From Alphaproteobacteria bacterium (lineage in GTDB: Bacteria > Pseudomonadota > Alphaproteobacteria > UBA8366), in the NCBI GenBank assembly GCA_030743445.1, contig JASLSL010000203.1, forward strand, positions 1-42,385: DNA of 42,385 nucleotides, read 5' to 3'. The notes beneath the pieces are model-generated. The model was not told where the DNA came from. It made no database searches and was given only the letters and a program-made list of their open reading frames with translations. Positions 33,231-42,247 of the stretch are shown one piece after another; the first letter of the stretch is position 1; each line of letters begins with the position of its first letter. The position numbers were made by a program, and so were the translations under genes.

Positions 33231-34028
33231 ATGCCGTTCCCCGATATCGACCCCGTCGCGATCCAAATCGGCCCGCTCGTCATCCGTTGGTACGCGCTTG
33301 CCTATATCACGGGGCTGGTGCTCGGCTGGCGCTATTGCCTGCGCCTTACCGCCCGGCCGCCCCATGCGGTGACCCGCGAGCACATCGACGATTTCCTGCT
33401 CTGGGCGACCCTGGGAGTCGTCCTCGGCGGCCGGCTCGGCTATGTGGCGTTCTACCAGCCGGGCTATTTCATCGTCCATCCGATCGAGATTCCGCAGATG
33501 TGGAAGGGCGGGATGTCGTTCCACGGCGGGCTGCTCGGCGTCCTGGTGGCGATGCTGCTTTACGCCAGGCGGCACGGATTGGCGCTGTTGAACCTGACCG
33601 ACATCGTCACCGCCGGCGCGCCGATCGGCATCTTTTTCGGCCGGATCGCCAATTTCATCAACGGCGAGCTGTGGGGCCGGACGACGGACGTCCCCTGGGG
33701 CGTGGTCTTCCCGCGCGCGGGACCGCTGCCGCGCCATCCGAGCCAACTCTACGAGGCGGCGCTCGAGGGACTGCTGCTGTTCACCCTGCTCGCCGCCGCG
33801 ATCTATGCCTGGCGCGGACTGGCGCGGCCGGGCCTGGTCTCGGGCCTGTTCATGGCGGGCTACGCGGTTGCCCGCATGGCGATCGAGGTCGTGCGCCAGC
33901 CGGACGTCCAGATCGGATTCCTCGCCGGCGGCAGCACCATGGGCCAGTGGCTCAGTATTCCGTTGCTGTTGTTCGGACTCTACCTGGTCCATCGGGCGCT
34001 GCGCCGGACGCCGGTCGGCAGCCAATAG
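33231..34028 (+). CDS. lgt: prolipoprotein diacylglyceryl transferase
   Basis: 265 aa. IRWYALAYITG, GGMSFHGGLLG, GRIANFINGELWGR and HPSQLYEA motifs. Confidence 0.9.
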   Translation: MPFPDIDPVAIQIGPLVIRWYALAYITGLVLGWRYCLRLTARPPHAVTREHIDDFLLWATLGVVLGGRLGYVAFYQPGYFIVHPIEIPQMWKGGMSFHGGLLGVLVAMLLYARRHGLALLNLTDIVTAGAPIGIFFGRIANFINGELWGRTTDVPWGVVFPRAGPLPRHPSQLYEAALEGLLLFTLLAAAIYAWRGLARPGLVSGLFMAGYAVARMAIEVVRQPDVQIGFLAGGSTMGQWLSIPLLLFGLYLVHRALRRTPVGSQ

Positions 34029-34033
34029 CGGGG

Positions 34034-35110
34034 ATGGCGACTCCGCTCGACGATCTGCTGCGTCGCCGCATCGCGGCCGAGGGTCCGATCACCGTCGCCG
34101 ATTACATGGCCGAGGCCCTGGGCCATCCAGCGCACGGCTATTACATGGGCCGCGACCCGTTCGGCCGCGCCGGCGACTTCACCACCGCCCCCGAGATCAG
34201 CCAGATGTTCGGCGAGTTGCTTGGCCTGTGGTGCGCCAAGGTCTGGCACATGATGGGATCGCCGAGTCCGATCGATCTCGTCGAGCTCGGGCCCGGCCGC
34301 GGCACATTGATGGCCGACGCGTTGCGCGCGATCGACCGGGCGGCGCCCGACTGTCGCGCGGCGCTCGCTGTGCACCTGGTCGAGACCAGCCCGGCGCTGC
34401 GCCAGCGCCAGCGGGAGACCCTCGCCGAGATCGAGGTCCAGTGGCACGAGCGCTTCGAGCAGGCACCGGACGGCCCCCTGCTGCTGCTCGCCAACGAGTT
34501 CTTCGACGCCCTGCCGATCCGCCAGTTCGTTTGCACCAAAGACGGCTGGCGCGAGCGCATGGTCGGCGTGGCAGACGGAAACCTCTGTTTCACTATTTCA
34601 TCCGATCCGGTGGACGAGGCATCGATCCCGGATTCCGTACGAGAAGCGGCAGAGACGGGCGACATCGCCGAAGCCCGACCCATGGCCGACGATATCGCCG
34701 CCGCGATAGCCCGGCGCATCGCGGTCCATGGCGGGGCGGCGTTGGTCGTCGATTACGGCCACGCCGCCAGCGCCGCCGGTGACACCTTGCAGGCGGTGCG
34801 CGGGCACGCCTTTGCCGAGGTGCTGGCCGATCCCGGCGCGGCGGACCTCACCGCGCATGTGGATTTTGCTGCCCTCGCCCGTGCCGCTTCGCCGCACGCC
34901 GCCGTCCACGGCCCGGTCGATCAGGGCGTGCTGTTGCGGCGGCTCGGCATCGAGGCCCGGGCGGACAAGCTGCTCGCGACGGCGGATCAGGCGACCGAGA
35001 TATCAGCGGCGCTGGCCCGCTTGATCGGGGCGGGCGGGATGGGCACCCTTTTCGAGGCACTGGCGATCGCCCATCCGGACTTGGGCGCCCTGCCGGGCTT
35101 CGAGGGGTAG
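34034..35110 (+). CDS. class I SAM-dependent methyltransferase (DUF185 / MidA / NDUFAF7-like)
   Basis: ATG at 34034, 358 aa. GHPAHGYYM, DFTTAPEISQMFGELLG, ELGPGRGTLM, ANEFFDALP and DYGH blocks. The 710-aa track ORF is run-on across lgt. Confidence 0.8.
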   Translation: MATPLDDLLRRRIAAEGPITVADYMAEALGHPAHGYYMGRDPFGRAGDFTTAPEISQMFGELLGLWCAKVWHMMGSPSPIDLVELGPGRGTLMADALRAIDRAAPDCRAALAVHLVETSPALRQRQRETLAEIEVQWHERFEQAPDGPLLLLANEFFDALPIRQFVCTKDGWRERMVGVADGNLCFTISSDPVDEASIPDSVREAAETGDIAEARPMADDIAAAIARRIAVHGGAALVVDYGHAASAAGDTLQAVRGHAFAEVLADPGAADLTAHVDFAALARAASPHAAVHGPVDQGVLLRRLGIEARADKLLATADQATEISAALARLIGAGGMGTLFEALAIAHPDLGALPGFEG

Positions 35111-35212
35111 TTGCGATCGCCATTCATTTCGGCGAAAACAAGTTGGCCGCCCGCCGGGAACCCCACCCGTCCGCTTGATCCCGCGCCGCGAGTTGGGCAC
35201 TGTGACGCCGAG

Positions 35213-35998
35213 ATGACCGACCCCGTCCCGCACCTGACGTCCGAGGCGTTGGGCGCCCTGCCCGGCGTGCGCCATGCTTTTTTCACTCGCGAGGGCGGCG
35301 TCAGCGAGGGCGTCTACAGCTCACTCAACACCGGCTACGGATCGGGCGACGACCCGGACAGGGTGACAGAGAACCGCCGCCGCGCGATGGCGGCATTGGG
35401 CGGCGACGCGGGCGACCTCAACACGGTCTACCAGGTGCACGGACGCGAGGCGGTGCGGGTCGAGCGCCCGTGGCCGCGCAAGCAGGCACCGAAGGCGGAT
35501 GCCATGGTCGCCGACCGGCCCGGCGTCGTGCTCGGCATCCTGACGGCGGACTGTCTGCCGGCGCTGTTCGCCGACGCGGAGGCCGGCGTCATCGGCGCCG
35601 CCCATGCGGGCTGGCGCGGCCTGCTGGCGGGCATTCTCGAGGCCACCCTCGATGCGATGGAGGCGCTGGGCGCCGAGCGGCGCCGCATCCATGCCGCCCT
35701 CGGCCCCGCGATCGGGCGAAAGTCGTACGAGGTCGGCCCGGAATTCCCCACCCCCTTCCTCGATGCCGACCCGGCCAACGCCAACTTCTTCGAGGCGGCC
35801 GCCAAGGACGGGCATCAGTTGTTCGATTTGCAGGGTTGCGCCGCGCGGATGCTCGCTACGCACGGCCTCGCCGCCATCGAACCCCTGTCGCGGGATACTT
35901 GCGCCGACGACGCGAATTTCTTCAGCTATCGCCGCACCACGCTCGAAGGCGGCGGCGATTACGGCCGCGGCCTGTCGGCGATCGTGCTCGAGGGCTGA
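35213..35998 (+). CDS. pgeF: peptidoglycan editing factor PgeF (YfiH / laccase-domain family)
   Basis: ATG at 35213. GVS.G.Y.SLN, QVHG, ADAMV, TADCLP, AHAGWRG and FFSYRR blocks. Confidence 0.85.
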   Translation: MTDPVPHLTSEALGALPGVRHAFFTREGGVSEGVYSSLNTGYGSGDDPDRVTENRRRAMAALGGDAGDLNTVYQVHGREAVRVERPWPRKQAPKADAMVADRPGVVLGILTADCLPALFADAEAGVIGAAHAGWRGLLAGILEATLDAMEALGAERRRIHAALGPAIGRKSYEVGPEFPTPFLDADPANANFFEAAAKDGHQLFDLQGCAARMLATHGLAAIEPLSRDTCADDANFFSYRRTTLEGGGDYGRGLSAIVLEG

Positions 35999-36059
35999 CG
36001 AGCGATGCCGTTCCTCATCCAGCTCCTCGCCTTCACCTTGATCGCCCTGGTGGTGGGCT

Positions 36060-36971
36060 GTGTCGTCATCATCATCTAGCGCCCGCACGCTCCTCACCGT
36101 CCTCGCGGCAGTGCTGGTGCTGGCAGCCGCCTGTGGACCGCTGCCCAAACCCTTCAAGCCGGGCATGAAGGATCGTGACAATCCGCTCCTGAAACTCGAC
36201 AACCCAAGCGGCCTGGTCGTTGCCCCGGTCGAGGACGCGCCGCCCCAGTTGGCCGGGCCACTCGCGGAGAAGATGGCCGATGGGCTGCGCCGGCGCGAGA
36301 TCGCCGCCACCACCGATGGCGCGCTGAACCGCGCCTACCTGATGGAAGGCCGCATGCGGTTCGAGAACTTCGACGGTGTCCTGGTCGACCTGGTCATCGC
36401 CTGGCGCCTGACCGACCGGGAGGACAAATCGCTCGGCGCGTTGGAAAGTCGCTCCCGGGTCGTGCTCAGGGATTGGATGGCGGAGATCGATCCGGTAATG
36501 CAGGGCATCGTCGAGGCGACCGCGCCCAAAGTCGTCTACCTGCTGCGCGGCGACGCGCCGCGGGCGGTCCGATCCGGCCGCGCCGGAATCCTCATCGCCG
36601 GCGTCGAGGGCGCCCCCGGCGATGGCAACACAGCGTTGCCGCGGGCGTTTCGCGCGGTCCTCGAGCGCGCCGGCATAGCACTCGCCGACGATCCGGAGAC
36701 CGCCTTGGCCCGGCTCGAGGGCAAGGTCTCGGTCGTCCCGGCGGGAAAGCGCGACCGCGTCGCCATCACCTGGACGCTGCGCGACGGCGACGGCAAGGAG
36801 ATCGGCGTCATGCACCAGGAGAATGAGGTGCCGGGCGGCCGGCTCGATACGCTCTGGGGTGGCCTTGCCTACGACATCGCGACGGCGATGGCGGACGGCG
36901 TCGCCGCCGCGATGCGCCGAATCGAAAGCGACGATCCGTCCCGACCGCCTCGTCGCGCGGGCCGCCGGTAG
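36060..36971 (+). CDS. putative lipoprotein, function unknown
   Basis: 303 aa with a GTG start. Signal-peptide-like N-terminus ending LVLAAAC-G (lipobox-like, with Cys at about position 25). No recognised domain. Follows lgt/pgeF. Confidence 0.5.
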   Translation: MSSSSSSARTLLTVLAAVLVLAAACGPLPKPFKPGMKDRDNPLLKLDNPSGLVVAPVEDAPPQLAGPLAEKMADGLRRREIAATTDGALNRAYLMEGRMRFENFDGVLVDLVIAWRLTDREDKSLGALESRSRVVLRDWMAEIDPVMQGIVEATAPKVVYLLRGDAPRAVRSGRAGILIAGVEGAPGDGNTALPRAFRAVLERAGIALADDPETALARLEGKVSVVPAGKRDRVAITWTLRDGDGKEIGVMHQENEVPGGRLDTLWGGLAYDIATAMADGVAAAMRRIESDDPSRPPRRAGRR

Positions 36972-36991
36972 GGCGGCCGATAGGGCCGCCC
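36971..36991 (+). terminator. GC-rich stem-loop at the lipoprotein gene stop (possible terminator without a U-tract)
   Basis: GGGCGGCC-gatag-GGCCGCCC, a perfect 8-bp stem beginning at the last base of the TAG stop. No T-run follows. Confidence 0.3.
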
Positions 36992-37100
36992 GGGGCCGTG
37001 CGCCGGGCGATTCCGCGCTGGTCCCGTTAGGCCGTTTACAGCATCCCACGGCCTTGTTATAGCTTGGCGCGTCCGCGACGCAGGTGACCCGAGGGGCTGC

Positions 37101-38039
37101 ATGAAACTCCTGCAAGGCAACAGCAACCAGGCGATGGCGGAGGCGATTTCCGCCTACCTCGAAGTGCCGTTGACCGAGGCCTCGGTCCGTCGCTTCTCCG
37201 ACATGGAAGTGTTCGTCGAGATCCTCGAGAACGTGCGCGGCGAGGACGTTTTCGTTATCCAGTCGACGAGCTATCCGGCGAACGACAATTTGATGGAACT
37301 GTTGGTCGCGATCGATGCGCTGAAGCGCGGATCGGCGCGGCGGATCACGGCGGTCATGCCCTACTACGGCTATGCCCGCCAGGACCGCAAGACCGGACCG
37401 CGCACGCCGATCTCGGCCAAGCTGGTCGCCAATCTGATCACCACCGCGGGCGCCGACCGGGTCCTGACCATGGACCTCCACGCGGGCCAGATCCAGGGTT
37501 TCTTCGACGTCCCGACCGACAATTTGTACGCGGCCCCGGTGTTCGCCAAGGACATTCAGGAGACGCTCAAGAACGGCGAGGACGAGTTGATGATCGTCTC
37601 GCCCGACGTCGGCGGGGTGCTGAGGGCACGCGGGATCGCCAAGCGTATCGACGCCGACCTTGCGATCATCGACAAGCGGCGCGAGCGGGCCGGCGTGTCC
37701 GAGGTGATGAACATCATCGGCGACGTCAAGGACCGGCGCTGCATCCTGGTCGACGATATCGTCGATTCCGCCGGCACGCTGTGCAACGCCGCGATCGCCC
37801 TGATGGACGCCGGCGCGAAATCGGTCGTGGCCTACGTTACCCACGGGGTTCTCTCGGGTGGTGCGGTGGCGCGGGTTTCCGCCTCGCCCTTGGAAATGTT
37901 GGTGACGACCGACAGCATTCTCGCCACCGAGGCGATGCGCGTTACCAACAACATCCGCCAGATCACCATCGCGCCCCTTATGGCCGAAGCGATCAAGCGC
38001 ATCGCCGACTCGAAATCGGTCTCCAGTCTGTTTGACTAA
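37101..38039 (+). CDS. prs: ribose-phosphate pyrophosphokinase
   Basis: 312 aa. [24 protein letters not shown] and the PRPP loop [13 protein letters not shown]. Confidence 0.95.
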   Translation: MKLLQGNSNQAMAEAISAYLEVPLTEASVRRFSDMEVFVEILENVRGEDVFVIQSTSYPANDNLMELLVAIDALKRGSARRITAVMPYYGYARQDRKTGPRTPISAKLVANLITTAGADRVLTMDLHAGQIQGFFDVPTDNLYAAPVFAKDIQETLKNGEDELMIVSPDVGGVLRARGIAKRIDADLAIIDKRRERAGVSEVMNIIGDVKDRRCILVDDIVDSAGTLCNAAIALMDAGAKSVVAYVTHGVLSGGAVARVSASPLEMLVTTDSILATEAMRVTNNIRQITIAPLMAEAIKRIADSKSVSSLFD

Positions 38040-38133
38040 CCCGGCCCGAAAGGGTATTTCACCGCCCGCGAAGACGCGACGGCGACGGCACCCCTGGAGG
38101 TCGGCGCCGCAAGGCCTATTCGAGGAGAATGTA

Positions 38134-38904
38134 ATGGCAGACGCCAACGTTATGACGGCAGAGGCGCGCGACCGGGCCGGCAAGGGGGCAGCCCGGGCGA
38201 CACGGCGCGCCGGCCGGGTACCGGCCGTGATTTATGGCGGCAAACAGGACCCGGTGTTGATTTCGGTCGACCCCCTCCACATCGTCAACGAGCTCGAATC
38301 CGGGGCCCTGTTCGCGACCGTCTACGAGATGGATGTCGGCGGCAACACCGAGCGCGTGCTGCCCCGCGACGTGCAGTTCCATCCGGTGACCGACGACGCC
38401 GAACACGTGGATTTCCTGCGCGTCACCGGCGAGACGCGGGTCACGGTCGACGTGCCCTGCAACTTCGTCAACGAGGACGACAGCCCGGGCCTCAAACGCG
38501 GCGGCGTCTTGAACGTGGTGCGTCACGCAATCGAGATGCACTGCCAGGTCGACAATATCCCGCAGTCGGTCGAGATCGACCTGATCGGGCTCGAGATCAA
38601 CGACGGCGTGCACATCAGCGACGTCACCCTGCCCGAGGGCGTCGAGCTGACGATCACCGACCGCGACTTCACCATCGCCACCATCGCGGCACCCACCGTG
38701 GTGGCCGAGGAAACCACGGCCGAGCAGGAGGGCGAGGAGGAAGAAGAGCTTCTCTACGACGAGGACGGCAACCTGATCGAGCCGGAAGAAGGCGAAGAGG
38801 GCGAAGAGGGCGCCGAGGGCGAAGAAGGCGAAGAGGGCGAAGAGGGCGAAGAGGGCGAAGCCCCTGCCGACGGCGACAAGGAAGAGAAGAAGTCGGAGAA
38901 ATAA
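38134..38904 (+). CDS. rplY: 50S ribosomal protein L25 / general stress protein Ctc, with long acidic Glu/Gly-rich tail
   Basis: ATG at 38134 with gaggag upstream. RRAGRVPAVIYGG..DPV.ISVD, and HPV.D...HVDFLRV. Tail: EEGEEEEELLYDEDGNLIEPEEGEEGEEGAEGEEGEEGEEGEEGEAPADGDKEEKKSEK. Confidence 0.9.
   Translation: MADANVMTAEARDRAGKGAARATRRAGRVPAVIYGGKQDPVLISVDPLHIVNELESGALFATVYEMDVGGNTERVLPRDVQFHPVTDDAEHVDFLRVTGETRVTVDVPCNFVNEDDSPGLKRGGVLNVVRHAIEMHCQVDNIPQSVEIDLIGLEINDGVHISDVTLPEGVELTITDRDFTIATIAAPTVVAEETTAEQEGEEEEELLYDEDGNLIEPEEGEEGEEGAEGEEGEEGEEGEEGEAPADGDKEEKKSEK
38785..38860 (+). repeat. in-frame 9-bp tandem repeat (GAAGAGGGC-like, about 8 units) inside the rplY tail
   Basis: gaagaaggc gaagagggc gaagagggc gccgagggc gaagaaggc gaagagggc gaagagggc gaagagggc, read directly. 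Confidence 0.8.
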
Positions 38905-38931
38905 CCGCCGGCGCGGCACAAGGACGGTCCG

Positions 38932-39573
38932 ATGCTTCTTCTGGTCGGTCTGGGCAATCCGGGCCCGAAGTACGAGAACCATCGACACAACGTCGGTTTC
39001 ATGGCGGTGGACGGGATTGTCCGCCGCCATTCGTTTCAGCCCTGGCGGGCGCGCTTCCACGCGCTCGTCGCCGAGGGCCTGCTCGACGGGCACAAGGTGC
39101 TGGCGATGAAACCAACGACTTTCGTCAACGAGTCCGGCCAAGCGGTCGGCGAGGCGATGCGCTGGTACAAGCTCGGCCCCGCCGACGCGCTGGTGATCCA
39201 TGACGAGCTCGACCTGGCGCCCGACAAGGTGCGGGTCCGGCTCGGCGGCGGGTTCGCCGGCCACAACGGCCTGAAAAGCATCGCCGCCCATATCGGGCCC
39301 GATTTCCACCGCCTGCGCGTCGGCATCGGCCACCCCGGCGACAAGGACAAGGTGCACGGCCATGTCCTTTCCGACTTCGCCAAAGCCGACCTAGCGCTGC
39401 TGGAAAAGACCATCGACGCGATCGCCGAGGCGGCGCCGATGCTGGCCTCGCCCGACGAGCACGACAACTTCATGACCCGGGTGGCGCTGCTGACCAAGCC
39501 GCAAAGGCCAAAGCCGCCACGGCCGGATTCCGCGGACGGCGAATCCGAAGGTCAGCCCGAAAATGGGGTTTAA
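38932..39573 (+). CDS. pth: peptidyl-tRNA hydrolase
   Basis: 213 aa. LLVGLGNPGPKYENHRHNVGF, HDELDL and GGHNGLKS motifs. Confidence 0.95.
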   Translation: MLLLVGLGNPGPKYENHRHNVGFMAVDGIVRRHSFQPWRARFHALVAEGLLDGHKVLAMKPTTFVNESGQAVGEAMRWYKLGPADALVIHDELDLAPDKVRVRLGGGFAGHNGLKSIAAHIGPDFHRLRVGIGHPGDKDKVHGHVLSDFAKADLALLEKTIDAIAEAAPMLASPDEHDNFMTRVALLTKPQRPKPPRPDSADGESEGQPENGV

Positions 39574-40663
39574 TTGCGGGATCGTCGGCCTGCCCAATGT
39601 CGGCAAGTCGACTCTCTTCAACGCGCTGACGGAAACTGCGTCGGCCGAGGCCGAGAACTACCCCTTTTGCACGGTCGAGCCCAATATCGGCCGGGTCGCG
39701 GTGCCGGACACCCGGCTGGATGTGGTCCTGGAGCTGTCGCCGGCGCCGAAATCGATCCCGACCTACCTCGAGTTCGTCGACATCGCCGGGCTGGTCAAGG
39801 GCGCCTCCAAGGGCGAGGGGCTGGGCAACCAGTTTCTCGGCAACATCCGCGAGGTCGACGCCATCATCATGGTGTTGCGCTGCTTCGACGACCCGAACGT
39901 GTCCCACGTCGAGGCCACGGTCGATCCGGTGCGCGACGCCGAGACCGTCGAGACCGAGCTTCTGATCGCCGACCTGGAGAGTCTGGAGCGGCGCATCGAG
40001 TCGGTCGAGAAAAAGGCCAAGGGCGGCGAGAAGGAGGCCCAGGACACCCTCGCGGTGATGCAGCCGGTGCTGGCGGCCCTGGCGGAGGGCAAACCGGCGC
40101 GCAGCGTCGAGGTCGGGCGCGAACAACGCCACACCTTCAAGCAACTGCAGATGCTGACCGCGAAGCCGGTACTCTTTATCGCCAATGTGGACGAGGCGAA
40201 TGCCGCCGCCGGCAACGCCTATTCGGCCAAGGTCGAGGAGACGGCGGCGGCGAACGGCGCCGCTTCGGTGACCATCGCCGCTGCGATCGAGGCCGAAATC
40301 GCGACCCTCGACGACGCGGAGGAAAGGGCGGAATTCCTGCGGTCACTCGATCTCGAGGAAACCGGCCTGGCGCGGGTGATTCGCGCCGGCTACGCGCTGC
40401 TCGACCTGATCACCTATTTCACCACCGGCCCGAAGGAGTCCCGGGCCTGGACGATCGCCCGGGGGGGAACGGCGGCCGCCGCGGCGGGCCAGGTCCATAC
40501 CGACTTCGAGCGCGGCTTCATCGCCGCCGAGGCCATCGCCTATGACGACTTCGCCGCCTACGGTGGCGAACAAGGGGCCAAGGAAGCCGGCAAGATGCGG
40601 CTCGAAGGCCGCGACTATGTGGTCCATGACGGCGACGTACTGCTGTTCCGCTTCAACGTGTGA
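39563..40663 (+). CDS. ychF: redox-regulated ATPase YchF
   Basis: 366 aa. [40 protein letters not shown] and the C-terminal TGS-like end ([11 protein letters not shown]). Confidence 0.95.
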   Translation: MGFNCGIVGLPNVGKSTLFNALTETASAEAENYPFCTVEPNIGRVAVPDTRLDVVLELSPAPKSIPTYLEFVDIAGLVKGASKGEGLGNQFLGNIREVDAIIMVLRCFDDPNVSHVEATVDPVRDAETVETELLIADLESLERRIESVEKKAKGGEKEAQDTLAVMQPVLAALAEGKPARSVEVGREQRHTFKQLQMLTAKPVLFIANVDEANAAAGNAYSAKVEETAAANGAASVTIAAAIEAEIATLDDAEERAEFLRSLDLEETGLARVIRAGYALLDLITYFTTGPKESRAWTIARGGTAAAAAGQVHTDFERGFIAAEAIAYDDFAAYGGEQGAKEAGKMRLEGRDYVVHDGDVLLFRFNV

Positions 40664-40760
40664 CGACCGGCCTATTGCCCTCCCCGCCCGCGGCCCATAG
40701 ATTGGCGCCCGGAACCGCCGGAAAGGCGGACACGGGATAGAATTCGAGGGGAGCACGAAA

Positions 40761-41426
40761 ATGGGTGAACATATCTGCCTTACCGCCGAGGACGGTTTCG
40801 AGCTCGGCGCCTACCGGGCCGAGCCCAAGGGCGACGCACGCGGCAGCATCGTCGTCATTCAGGAGGTCTTCGGGGTCAACGCGCACGTCCGCGAGGTCGC
40901 CGACGGGTTCGCCGCCGACGGCTATATCGCCCTGGCGCCGGCGATTTACGACCGGGTCGAGCCGGACTTCGAATGCGGCTACACGCCGGAGGACATCGAA
41001 GGGGCGCGAGACATGCGCGCCAAGGCCGGCTGGGACGGCCCGATGGCGGACATCGCCGCGGCGGTCAAGGCGTGTGAGGGCAAGATCGGCACGGTCGGCT
41101 ATTGCTGGGGCGGCACGCTGTCGTTCCTCGCCGGCACCCGGATCGAGGGCGTCGCCTGCTCGGTGGTCTATTACGGCGGCCAGATCATCCCCTACAAGGA
41201 CGAAAAGGCCAACTGCCCGATGCTGATGCATTTCGGCGATCTCGACCAGAGCATCCCGATGGCGGACGTCGATGCGATCCGCGCGGCCCAGCCCGACGCC
41301 GCGATCCACGTCTACGAGGGCGCCGACCACGGGTTCAACTGCGACCACCGAGGCCAGCACAACCCGGAAGCGGCGGCGCAGGCGCGCGAGCGCACGATGG
41401 CGTTCTACGCCCAGCACGTGGGTTAG
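40761..41426 (+). CDS. dienelactone hydrolase family protein
   Basis: 221 aa. VVIQEVFGVN.H.R.V.D.FA..GY, nucleophile-elbow-like GYCWGG, and a C-terminal ADHGF. Confidence 0.85.
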   Translation: MGEHICLTAEDGFELGAYRAEPKGDARGSIVVIQEVFGVNAHVREVADGFAADGYIALAPAIYDRVEPDFECGYTPEDIEGARDMRAKAGWDGPMADIAAAVKACEGKIGTVGYCWGGTLSFLAGTRIEGVACSVVYYGGQIIPYKDEKANCPMLMHFGDLDQSIPMADVDAIRAAQPDAAIHVYEGADHGFNCDHRGQHNPEAAAQARERTMAFYAQHVG

Positions 41427-41439
41427 GTTTTCGATACAA

Positions 41440-41528
41440 TTAGGGCCTCCCCTTCGACAAGCTCAGGGTGAGGCCCTAAATAATTCCCAGCTAGACCCTC
41501 ATGCTGAGCCTGTCGAAGTATGAGGATC
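41440..41528. repeat. palindromic intergenic repeat of the FDKLR / LSLSK type (second repeat class)
   Basis: TTAGGGCCTC (41440-49) pairs with GAGGCCCTAA (41470-79), a perfect 10-bp inverted repeat. cttcgacaagctcagggtgagg (41452-73) pairs with cctcatgctgagcctgtcgaag (41497-518), an inverted repeat of about 19/22. In frame it translates to ..LSLSKYE.. The motif resembles a repeat I recall as common in alphaproteobacterial intergenic DNA. Confidence 0.5.
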
Positions 41529-41560
41529 TCGAAAGAACTGGTTTTGCAGGGAGCCTTACG

Positions 41561-41983
41561 ATGATCACCAAGGGCGTCAAGCAGCTCGTCGCCGAGGCCG
41601 AGGCCGAAATCGAGACCATCGAGGTCGAGGACGCCAAAGCCCTGGTCGGCGACGAGGATGTGGTAATCGTCGACATCCGCGACGTTCGCGAGCTGTGGCG
41701 CGAGGGGATGATCCCCGGCGCCCTGCACGCGCCGCGCGGCATGCTCGAGTTCTGGGTCGACCCGGAGAGCCCCTATCACCGCGAGGTCTTCGCCAACGGC
41801 AAGAAGTTCGTGCTCTATTGCGCCGGCGGCTTCCGCTCGGCGCTGGCGACCAAGGCGCTGCAGGAGATGGGGTTTTCGCCGGTCGCCCATATCGGCGGCG
41901 GCTTCAAGGCCTGGCAGGAAGCCGAATACCCGATCGAGGAAAAAGAGCAGAAAATACAGAAGTCGGCCGAGAAAGAGAAATAG
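41561..41983 (+). CDS. rhodanese-like (sulfurtransferase) domain protein
   Basis: ATG at 41561 with gcagggag upstream. Active-site loop LYCAGGFRS. The track start at 41501 lies inside the repeat element and is probably spurious. Confidence 0.8.
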   Translation: MITKGVKQLVAEAEAEIETIEVEDAKALVGDEDVVIVDIRDVRELWREGMIPGALHAPRGMLEFWVDPESPYHREVFANGKKFVLYCAGGFRSALATKALQEMGFSPVAHIGGGFKAWQEAEYPIEEKEQKIQKSAEKEK

Positions 41984-42007
41984 CGCGGCTCCTCTTCGCC
42001 CCTCGTC

Positions 42008-42224
42008 CGTCATCCTGGCCAAGCCCAGCTATTCGTAAGATAGTTGGGCGCGAGCCGAAATTCCGGGGATACGATACGGGCGGGTCGTTACCGGTCGGCA
42101 ATTCCCATCACTATCGTGTCCCCGTAATTTCGGCGCCGTTTTGCTTCGTGGAAATTCTCGAAAATGGGTCCCGGGTCGTCGCGGGCCTGTCTTCGCGAAA
42201 GCGGGGGCGCCGCCCGGGATGACG
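42008..42224. repeat. MITE-like palindromic intergenic element, copy C (composite, about 217 bp)
   Basis: Left end CGTCATCCTGG, right end CCCGGGATGACG. Internal inverted repeats are GCCCAGCTAT/ATAGTTGGGC and CCGAAATTCCGGGGATACGATA (42055-76) / TATCGTGTCCCCGTAATTTCGG (42112-33). The right arm is homologous to the right arm of copy A. Confidence 0.55.
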
Positions 42225-42247
42225 AACCTTAAATCTTGTAGATTCGC

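Noticed and set aside
41501-41560. Track-predicted start of the rhodanese ORF at 41501.
   Set aside because: The first 20 codons lie inside the palindromic repeat. A downstream ATG at 41561 has a good RBS (gcagggag).
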